Below are positions 45,101-53,805 of a stretch of DNA of 64,000 nt, one piece after another. The number at the start of each line of letters is the position of its first letter. Positions within the stretch are counted from its first letter, which is position 1. The notes beneath the pieces were generated by a model. That model was not told where the DNA came from and did not search any database. It saw only the letters and a list, made by a program, of their open reading frames with translations. The stretch lies in assembly GCA_001600695.1 (NCBI GenBank), contig BCKQ01000001.1, positions 1,052,632 to 1,116,631 on the forward strand. Reading direction: 5' to 3'. The translations under genes were made by a program, and so were the position numbers. This DNA is from Ascoidea asiatica JCM 7603 (lineage: Eukaryota > Fungi > Ascomycota).

Positions 45101-45171
45101 ATAAGCCAATTAGTAAATACAGTAAACCTAAATCGGTTATTGAAGAGTATTATAAAGAAACTGGGTTTTAA
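42148..45171 (+). CDS. Hydantoinase A/oxoprolinase (ATP-dependent, actin-like fold) fused to DUF917, 1007 aa
   Basis: N-half: 'IGVDVGGTNTD', 'GTTHFIN', 'LERENATILNA', 'VVDVGGTTTDVG', 'SIGLGGGS', 'VANAIGAA'. C-half (DUF917): 'ILGSGGGGNP', 'EIGGSNG', 'VDCDFMGRAYP', 'PFKNEN', 'VPDLI', 'YRYGL'. Confidence 0.9.
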   Translation: MEKTEKKLLIGVDVGGTNTDSVLLDPSGFDNEQTRGILAWHKSNTTPDVSDGIQSAISSLLDQVKDVKKSQISAVTIGTTHFINSVIEQDRARLEKVAVLRLCGPYSRNIPPFSDFPKGLKNILNGYIGYINGGYHVDGNEIKKINENEIIFHCQKIKDLNIKTIAINSVFAPMSPDHELIVHDIILREIPDSKIVMSHTVSGIGYLERENATILNASIVRFAEKVIYSFETSIMKIGLNCPVMLTQNDGSVISTSEALKSPIKTFSSGATNSMRGASFLCSNDKSIYGNSVMVVDVGGTTTDVGLLLPSGFPRRSSSYSIVGGVRMNFSMPHVESIGLGGGSIVRFDDSKAGSLTVGPDSVGNEVIKKAIVFGGNKITASDLTISIGLDEDANNDIYQLGNPSLVLNKFSDSIKNKFKTDIKLKLEKVIDRMRTSAEDLPVLLVGGGSFIVPNELEGASKVIRPPFFNVANAIGAAIGKISSNVHLIKFLPPGGETKEEVVEKLKKEALDKAISKGAKEDTIILVDLSYEPIPYVDNTYQFLVKMVGDVDYSKMKEIFKSNYKSNKKKIDSNSSKISVIKDSSFKDEKISEETKEIDYSIYKPIINSEKEWLLSELDLEFISIGCYILGSGGGGNPYSSYLHIRNLLRNGDIIKIIDVENIYKYTKGKASIISVGYAGSPTVSHEQLKGDELLVCHEYMSRFHGGSMDLVFPLEIGGSNGLTGFELGCSSQLNVPIVDCDFMGRAYPTHWQTLPVVYQEEGTCFYAPTVMSNGNGNTIIFAESKSDLLLELTMRASLSEFGATAGVMNPPMKSEEMDLKSIHRSISLAWRIGRGVLIARQKSEIDKIGERILESVNNNGKLIFSGKIIGVERKLIKGHSYGEVIIEEIEGIKGNKKKLRIPFKNENIYCELEDFDGTNKEIICSVPDLISVIDADTGEAVGTPDYRYGLLVFVLGIAPSNKWTDSEKALSIGGPKGFKFDEIEYKPISKYSKPKSVIEEYYKETGF

Positions 45172-47087
45172 TAATAATAATAATAATAATGATAATAAAA
45201 AATTGGATGATTATTTAATAATTATTTTAAATATTATTATCAAATATATTATAAATAAATTACAATTAAATCAAAGACATTGATGTAATTAATAATAATT
45301 TAGACTTTTTGGGAATAATATTCGGAGACCAATATCTTGGTTCTTTTAAACCTCTCCAGGATTATGTACTTCTATGTATTTTAAATACCGACCCACTTTT
45401 GAAGGTAAATTTTCAAAAAGTGCAATGCTTTAGCTTGTGGGACGCTCCAAAAAGGGATTACAATATACAGTGTAAGCCATGTAAAGGGATTGTGAACATG
45501 GTACTTTTAATTTGAAGAAAAGGATAAAAGAATAATTTAGGCAATTATTGACTTTGAATTGAAGAATTGAGTCAAGAACAAGTTTTTGAACAATAGATTG
45601 TGAAAAACAAGTGAACCAAAAGGTAGACATTTAACAATGGATCGATAATGTAGATCAGAAACTGGTTTGAATCAGGTTTTTTTCCCAATGCAAATAGGGA
45701 TTTTGACAATAAACAAAATATAAATTTGATTGACTGAACTTTGACTTTTTTCTCGACAACAATGGTATTTCACAGCTTGGAATTGTAAAATACCAATTAT
45801 TGTTGTTTTCAGAAATAATAAACTCTCCAAAAGCCAATTAAAACCAATTGAAAGTGGAGGTATGAAATCTGACTCTAGATAATGAGCATGTAGTGAGAAC
45901 TTATTAATTATTAAATGACAGAAGAATAATTACGATACACCCAACTTTTTGTGTATGGAAAAAGAATAACTCAGAGAAATACAATTTAGGACAGAATAGG
46001 AAAATTGATTGGACAAACATAGCAAACAGTAACTCTGGTGAGACTGAAAGAAACACAAAATAAGATTCTCGCAGGACAGAAACTCAGCCAGTATACGAAA
46101 GATTCAAAGATAAAAGGTTACCCGGCTGAAAGCATATTTTTTCAGACAGTGAATAAATTCGTATCCTGCACTTTGCCGATATCGTCCCATTTTCTGGACG
46201 CGCTGTGCAGCCAGGCAGTTTTTGTTATTCTTGGGCCGTGGGGCACCTATAATTCGCGGAAATTAAAAATCCGCGGTGGAAATACGCTCTATGATTGGCC
46301 AGAATAAAGTCTGCTGCAGCACTTTTTGTTTTTCACTTTTCATTTTTCACGTTGACGGCGATGCTCCAACTTGATTTCTTTTTACTTTTTACGTGTTTTT
46401 CTTAATTGATTTTGAATTTGGTTATTGTGGATTGGGATCCCGAAGACTTGGCTCAGGCAAATAGCATAAAGGAGTCGCTTAGGCCCTCCCCATGTGTTCT
46501 CTCCTCCCAGAATCTGTGTCACGGGAAAGGGCTAGCCTGCTGGCTGTAACTTGATCTAGGTCGCACAGTGGCCGATCTACAGCACTTTGTATTGAAACAA
46601 AGGGTTAACTATGGTTAACTATGGATTAATACAACGAGCTGTTCTGGGTGTTACCTGGGATGTTTCCTTTAGCTTTGTGTATCACGCCTGCCCTAGGAGC
46701 ATCTCTGCCTGTCCTGGATCTGTGGGTCTTTGCGTGTCTGTTCTGCTTTACCGCAGCGCTATCTGCCTGTGCACCCACACCTATAACCCTTCCAGACCCA
46801 CCAAACCCACCAGTCTCCCAAACTCCCACCAAAATCAAGCCCGAATTCTACTCAGGGCTTCTTTCCAAAGTGATTGTGAATAGTTTTGTGAATATTTGTG
46901 AATAAATTCTGAATTCTGAATTTTGAATCAACTGTTGAATTAGCTGTTAATTAAGTATGAATTGACTGTGATGAATTAAGTGTGAATTTTTAAATTGTTT
47001 TAAACTTACTAGGAAAATCTTTTTAAATAGAAACATCTTTTTTAAATCTTGAAACCAGGTTTATCTTAAATCAAAAGAAAGCTCATT

Positions 47088-47200
47088 GAAAAAATCTTTT
47101 GGAAAATCTTTTGGAAAATCTTTTGGAAAACCTGTTGAAAAACCTGTTGAAAAACTTCTTGGAAAACTATTTGAAAAACATTTTAGAAAGCTTTTTAGAA
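47088..47200. repeat. Degenerate 12-bp tandem repeat (GAAAATCTTTTG-like, about 9 copies)
   Basis: ggaaaatctttt repeated, drifting to gaaaaacctgtt / gaaaaacttctt / gaaaaacatttt. Confidence 0.8.
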
Positions 47201-48043
47201 ATCATTCAGTTTCATTCTGAGGGTTTAGACGAAACTGAATTCTTAAATTTAAAATATCTATCGCATTTTTGATCTCTTTTCAATCTTTTATTTTTGATTT
47301 CTTTTCATTATCTTATTCTTTAGTTCTTTTCGATATTGTGAAGGTGATTTACTGTCTCGCTCTTTAACGTCTTTTTTCAATAATACCTCCTTTCTCTCTT
47401 TCTTTTTTTGCCTAATAATTATAATTATTAGATAATTATATTTCCTAATATTATTTCCAAATATCATTTTCAAATAATATTTCCTAATACCACAAGCAGT
47501 ATTTCATAATACTATTTCATAATTTTTTAAAATTCACTACAAATTTCCTCTATTTTTTCTACAGTAATTAAAAAAATAACTAAAAAAAAAAAAGATTCAA
47601 ATAGTTAATAATCAATAGGTGTAAAATCAATCAACCACAAGATTACTTTTATTTTATTCTCATTTATTTCATCATTAATTCACAAAAAGTTGATATATTA
47701 TTTTCTACCATAATATCAATAATACTATCATAATATTACTATATTTATATTTGTATATTCCTATAACATTATTATTATCAAATCAAAATCATATATTATT
47801 TCATATATCATATCGTATCATTTCAAATATATAACAAATAATTAAAATTGCAAATATAAATTAAAATATTAAATTATATGAATTTCAAGTATTCTCATTA
47901 ACATATTCAAATTATTTTAATTTAAAATTAACCATAATATATATAATAATTCCATATAATACCCAATCGAAAATAAATATATATTTATTTTGATCTTCTT
48001 CCACTTCTACTACATATCCTCATCATTGTAACTTTTATCAAAT

Positions 48044-50305
48044 ATGATTAAAGGTCTTAGAAGGTCATTAAAGCATGAAAAACGTTCTTCTTCAAATATA
48101 AATAATCATCAATCTCCAATTACTTCTCATACAAGAACTAATTCTTCGGCATCTTTTACTCAACAATTATTACAATCTTCAAATAATTCAAATTCTTCAA
48201 CTCAAAAATCAACTCCAACTTTAAATGTAAATACAAATTCAAATTTAAATCTTGATGATCATGATAATTTTAATAATATCAATGATAATGATAATTCCAT
48301 ATTTCATTCTACAAACGGTGAATTAACTCCAAAAAAAGTAATAAAAGCCTTATATGATTATAATCCAACTGGTCAAGGTGAATTAAAATTTAAAAAAGAT
48401 GATTTTTTCTATGTTTTAAATAATGAAAATGATAATGATTGGTTTGATGCTTATAATCCAATAACAAATACTAAAGGTAAAGTACCTGTTTCCTATTTTA
48501 AAACTTTCACAAGAACAAGACCAAGTACAATTTCATCTTCGAATACAACCTCAAATTTGAATTTAAGTACTTCACCAAATTCAAAATTAAATTTAAAAAA
48601 TAATACTAATTCTTTACCAAATTCTTTTAAAAACGGTGATCAACCTTTAATTTCAACTTCAAATTCTTCGAATAGAAATAGTAATAATAGTAATTCAAAT
48701 AATAATATGGATAATTTATTAATTTCAAATTCAAATATTAATACTCCAAATCAAATTATAAGTCCTTCAATAAAAGCAGCAACTTTATATGGTGTAGTAT
48801 TATATGATTTTGTAGCTGAAAAAGATGATGAATTAAATGTTAAAGCTGGGGAATCTTTACTGTTATGCGCTCATCATCAATTTGAATGGTTTATTGCAAA
48901 ACCAATTGATTGCTTAGGTGGTCCAGGTTTAGTTCCTGTTTCTTATGTCAGAATAATTAATATTATATCTGGTAAAGAAAGTTCAATGGATATCAAAGAA
49001 GAAATTACTAAAAATAATTTACCAACTGTTCAAGAATGGAAACTTTTAAATGCTCAATATCAAGCTAGTAGTATTTTAGTAAATCCAGATCCTGTAATTG
49101 CAGCTCAAACTCTGGCTCAAGCTCAAGCTCAAGGCCAATCTCAAATTCCACCTCAATCTCAACCTCAACTTTATCCTTCTAGTGGTGATCCACTTTCTAT
49201 AAATCCTTATATCTCAAATAACTTTCCACAAAATTCAATTATTCCTCAAAGTGCCATTTCTTCAGGATTTGAACCTAATGAATTTTCCCAAACTACAAAC
49301 AATTATCACTTAGAAGAAATCAAAGAGCAGCAAGAATTTTCATATGAAGTTTTAGCTGTTTCAATTGAAAGAATATATCTTATGAATGATGAATATTGGT
49401 ATAATGTAATTTGTAAATTATCAAATGATACTGTAAGATCTTTATGGAGATGTTACAAAGATTTTTTCAATTTTCAAAAAATTTTATTGCAAACTTTTGT
49501 AACTGAAGCTGGTGAATACGATAAAAAAAATAGAATTTTACCTTTTATACCGGGTCCAGTTGTTTATGTTAGTGAAACTGTTGCAAATAAAAGACTTAAT
49601 GGCCTTGAAAAATATTTGAATGATTTGATTAGATTACCCGATCATATCTCTAAATCTTCTCTAGTTTTAAGTTTGTTTGAATTATCTCAAGAAAATGATA
49701 AAGAATATACCACTGAACAATTTATACAATCATATTCTTCAAACTCAACCTCAAATCGTTCTTCAGATACTAAAGAATCATTATCAACAGATGCTACTAG
49801 TGCAAATGATTTTGATAATGATAATAATACAATTTCAAACAATATGAAAGATTTGTCTTTAAGTTCAAATGATATTTCACCTTCTGTTCATAATAATAAT
49901 AACATTTCTCATAATACTCATAATGCCAATAATTACAGTGATGTAACAGTAACTAATTCAACATTATTAACTTCTTCTTCAAATCTAAACTTAAATTCAA
50001 ATTCAATATCTACAAGTACAACAATCAAAGAGAACATTCAGCAAACTAAAATCAAGTGCTTTTTTGAAGATGATATATTTGCATTAATGGTCCCAATTAC
50101 TATTTCATTTTTGGAACTAAAAATAAAAATTTCTAAAAGGGTCGATTATGAAGTTGAACAAATCAAATTATTTGTTAAAAATAATCCTGAACTAGAAATA
50201 ACAAATGATGAACTTTTGTTAAATGCTATTGAACTGGATCCTAAACTTAAATTAATTGTTACAGTTGATGATGACGATGACGATGATGATGACGATAAAA
50301 TATGA
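48044..50305 (+). CDS. BEM1: Polarity scaffold Bem1 (SH3-SH3-PX-PB1), 753 aa
   Basis: SH3 'KVIKALYDY..KGKVPVSYF'; SH3 'LYGVVLYDFVAEKDDEL..WFIAKPI..LGGPGLVPVSY'; PX 'RILPFIPGPV'; PB1 'TKIKCFFEDDIFAL'. Confidence 0.93.
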   Translation: MIKGLRRSLKHEKRSSSNINNHQSPITSHTRTNSSASFTQQLLQSSNNSNSSTQKSTPTLNVNTNSNLNLDDHDNFNNINDNDNSIFHSTNGELTPKKVIKALYDYNPTGQGELKFKKDDFFYVLNNENDNDWFDAYNPITNTKGKVPVSYFKTFTRTRPSTISSSNTTSNLNLSTSPNSKLNLKNNTNSLPNSFKNGDQPLISTSNSSNRNSNNSNSNNNMDNLLISNSNINTPNQIISPSIKAATLYGVVLYDFVAEKDDELNVKAGESLLLCAHHQFEWFIAKPIDCLGGPGLVPVSYVRIINIISGKESSMDIKEEITKNNLPTVQEWKLLNAQYQASSILVNPDPVIAAQTLAQAQAQGQSQIPPQSQPQLYPSSGDPLSINPYISNNFPQNSIIPQSAISSGFEPNEFSQTTNNYHLEEIKEQQEFSYEVLAVSIERIYLMNDEYWYNVICKLSNDTVRSLWRCYKDFFNFQKILLQTFVTEAGEYDKKNRILPFIPGPVVYVSETVANKRLNGLEKYLNDLIRLPDHISKSSLVLSLFELSQENDKEYTTEQFIQSYSSNSTSNRSSDTKESLSTDATSANDFDNDNNTISNNMKDLSLSSNDISPSVHNNNNISHNTHNANNYSDVTVTNSTLLTSSSNLNLNSNSISTSTTIKENIQQTKIKCFFEDDIFALMVPITISFLELKIKISKRVDYEVEQIKLFVKNNPELEITNDELLLNAIELDPKLKLIVTVDDDDDDDDDDKI

Positions 50306-51102
50306 TGAGATATGAAATATTGAGTTTTTTGTCCTTTTTTTTAAAAAAAAAAAATAAAAATGATATTTGAAATGAATTGTATTCAGTTATTTCATTTATC
50401 GATTTTCATGTTCTAATAACTCTAATCATGAGTTAGATTTACATATGAACAAGTTTTAGATACCAACTTATCAAATTTTATTAATCAGTTAGTCAAACGT
50501 TTTTATTTTGATTACTTATTGATTTAATTTTTGTTATATATTATTCTATTTTACTGCTTTTATTGTTGTCATTATTGTTGTCATTATTTTATTTCGTTTT
50601 TGTTGATTTTTTTTTCTTTAGAAGAGTTAATTTTGAGTTTAACTCAAGATATAAAACTGAATTTATTAAATTAAATTTCGAAATCAATCGATCATTCTTT
50701 TCATTGGAAATTTTTTTTTCAAATATCATTTCAAATTTTATATATTATTTCAAACTTTCGTTTAGTTTTTGAATATTTTTTTTTTTGGCTTTCGTTTTTT
50801 CGTTTTTTCGTTTTTTAGTTTATTTGTTTTTTCGTTTTTAAATCTTTTTTTTTATTCTTTGAAATTTCTCTCACATTTTTCTAAATTAAATTCAAATTAA
50901 GTTTTATATATAAGTTTATATTGTTTATATTACTCTTTTTAATGCTGTAATATGGATTATGGTGCTTATTTTATATTTACCTATATAATATGAATAGCTG
51001 AATTAAATATTAGGGTATTAGTTTCTTTTTTCTTCTTGGATATCATTTTTTGTTTTTGTTTTTGTTTTTAGAAGATTTTATTTTGTTCTTTATTCTTATT
51101 CC

Positions 51103-51174
<72 letters not shown>

Positions 51175-51248
51175 TATTATTATTATTATTATTATTACTG
51201 TTATTATTATTTATTATTATTATTATCATTATTATTATCATTACTATT
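51103..51248. repeat. (ATT)n microsatellite, imperfect, about 48 units
   Basis: Visible directly; lies between the convergent BEM1 and SYS1 genes. Confidence 0.95.
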
Positions 51249-51592
51249 AATTAATTCAAGATAACTTTTAGTTAAGAAGAAATATTACTTTGGTACAATT
51301 GACGTTATTTTATTTACACATTTTGTTTATTACTTATTACTCGTTATCTACTATTTAGTATCTATTATCTAATTATTGTTTATTTTTTGTTATGTGATTA
51401 TAGTTATCCGGTTGTAATGAGTAAATATAATTAAATAAAAAGTAATAGATATTAGTGAGATATTCGTTCTAAAAAAATTAAACAATAAATTTTGTAAATG
51501 TAAATAGATTATGAAAAAAAAATGATTTACTTTGAATTATGAAAGTTTGTAATTATTTTGAATTTGATACTAACTTGAAATCATTTTGACAT

Positions 51593-52369
51593 TTATGAGA
51601 AGTCTTTCAACGGAATATTATTTGTGTTATTATTTATTACTTTATTATTACTATTATTATTCTGATTATTTTGATTACTTGAATGCGAGTGGGACTGGGA
51701 CTGGGACTGGGACTGGGACTGGGATTGTGATTGAGAATTAGATTGAGAATTTGATTGAGAGATAGATTGTGAGTTAGGCTGAACTATACCTAATTCTTGA
51801 TCTATCATACCATCAAAAAAAGAATCTCTTAATTCTTTCCATTGTAAAGTTAAAGTACCTAAACTTACTAGAATTATAATTGAGAAAAATTGTAGGAACC
51901 ACCAAGATAAATTTTTTGGAAATTGAGAAGAATAAAGCCAAACTACAATTAAATTTATGAGATGTAAAGTCAAAGCAAAATCCCAAGCAAGTTTAGATCT
52001 ACCTATGATTAAAGCCATTAATAAGACAGATAATAAGGTATCTAAAAGCCAAAGTATGGATAAAGTAAAACCTAAGACATTTGTTATACTTATAAGTTCC
52101 CAAGAAAACACCCAATTAAAAGTAAATTCATATCCTGCAATTAAACAAAGAAATAAATAAAAAAGTATTGTTGCAGTTATATAATATAGGGATTGTAATA
52201 GAATTATCTGAAAGAATAATCTTCTTGGGGATAGATAATTTTTACTTTTATTATTATTATTATTAGTATTTCTGTTATTATTTCTTGTATTTTTATTATT
52301 ATTAGATAGATCAAGTGAAGATAGTTTTTTATAACCGGAATTTAAATTTTTCAAAATATTTACCTTCAT
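51593..52369 (-). CDS. SYS1: Golgi integral membrane protein Sys1, 258 aa
   Basis: 'SPRRLFFQIILLQSLYY', 'WVFSW', 'IIGRSKLAWDFALTLH', 'WKELRDSFF'; C-terminal SQ repeat encoded by (GGGACT)n on the + strand. Confidence 0.9.
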   Translation of the reverse strand: MKVNILKNLNSGYKKLSSLDLSNNNKNTRNNNRNTNNNNNKSKNYLSPRRLFFQIILLQSLYYITATILFYLFLCLIAGYEFTFNWVFSWELISITNVLGFTLSILWLLDTLLSVLLMALIIGRSKLAWDFALTLHLINLIVVWLYSSQFPKNLSWWFLQFFSIIILVSLGTLTLQWKELRDSFFDGMIDQELGIVQPNSQSISQSNSQSNSQSQSQSQSQSQSQSHSHSSNQNNQNNNSNNKVINNNTNNIPLKDFS

Positions 52370-53805
52370 TTTTTGAATATTTTATATTATATTATTTTAT
52401 TTTATAGTTGTTATAGATATATTTATATTATTTTATGTATAATAATATATTGAAATTTTGAATTTAGATTGAATTATATTCATAAATCTTAAAGGGCATT
52501 ATTTTAACCAAAATTGGAAGTAAAGATCTCAAAATTATAAGGAGGTAGAGCAGAATAAAAAAGTCGAATATTGACAAATATATATCAAATTGAAATGGAG
52601 CCAATGAAATAAATCAAATATACATGATTGAATCAAATAATATGATTATAAATGATTATATTATTATAATATTCTATTATATTTATTACAATGTCAATAG
52701 ATTTACTGTTTAATGGTTTAAACGTCTAAAATCAATCATTATCGTTCAACGTTATATTGAATAATAATTACCTATTCTGAGACTAAAACGCTATTATAAA
52801 ACGTAGCACCCTCGGAAGTAAGCGCACGTGCTTTATGGCCACAAACCTCAAATAAACTCAGTCCCAAAATGTTGGTCTCAAGAATGAAAATTTAGTTTTT
52901 ATCTTTGACCCACTGCTCTGGATCTAGTTTAACTCAGTTTTAATTTTTTATCCCGTTCCGTGTGGACTCTGTGCTTCCGTCACATCCTCGGCTAATTTAT
53001 GATCGGAGAATCCCGGAATGCAAAATGATACTTTAAAACAGCATTATTAGGCAATAGAAAGCAAACATGGAAGCTACTAACAAAAGCGGCAGTAAGCTAA
53101 ATGTCATGTGAACATGCGGCGGATTACGTAAGATCTGTTTGGCTTTCCGGAGGATAATTCAATTTGCTACCACGGCAGAGAAGCGGAGTGGTGTATTATT
53201 ATTGGTAATATTCATAGTGCTGATATTATTGATATTATTGATAATCTTGATAATATATTGAATTATTCAAGTAACATTGAATAATTATTACCTTTTTTTA
53301 TATGTTATTGACTGTTTGGAAGTTATTTACTGTTTCTATTACCACTCCATTATCAGTTTGTAGTGGCTTTCAATCTTCTCTTATTGATTTCAGTTGTTTA
53401 TTGATATTTTCTTTTGCTGCTAATCCTTTTCCAGTAAAGATATTAATCAGAAATTATAGTATATTTTCACTTCTTGGTCATATAAATCCCCAAATCTTAT
53501 CACTATTTGTATTATTATAATCATAAGCTATATCATAGAATTAATAGAGAGTAATTTTTCCATTAGAATTATTATTCCCTTTAACCATTCATATTTTAAT
53601 TCTCACTTCAAAATTCCAAAATTTCTATACATTTATATTCTTACATCATTCACAAAATTCATCGACTAATCAAGATATTATTTTTTTTATTCAATTGAAA
53701 ATTTCATTCTTTATATTGGATGTCTCTTTTTTTTTAATAGAAGCTAAAAGCTTTATTATTCTATCAACTGTTCTAAAAAAGTATTATTGTTTCATTTAAT
53801 TAAAA

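Noticed and set aside
45309-45840. Coding-like short ORFs downstream of the hydantoinase (similar patches at 1-220, 8830-8920 and 12950-13250) as pseudogene relics
   Set aside because: I could not recognise any family; a tBLASTx search would be needed to support a pseudogene call.
46038-46905. Overlapping 70-90 aa ORFs in the GC island upstream of BEM1 (similar ORFs at 3.9-5.1, 32.3-32.9 and 61.2-61.9 kb)
   Set aside because: Stop-codon depletion is expected in GC-rich patches. The ORFs show no recognisable domains, atypical codon usage and mostly non-ATG starts.
51050-51250. Poly-Ile/Tyr 66-aa ORF
   Set aside because: It is a translation of the (ATT)n microsatellite with a TTG start.
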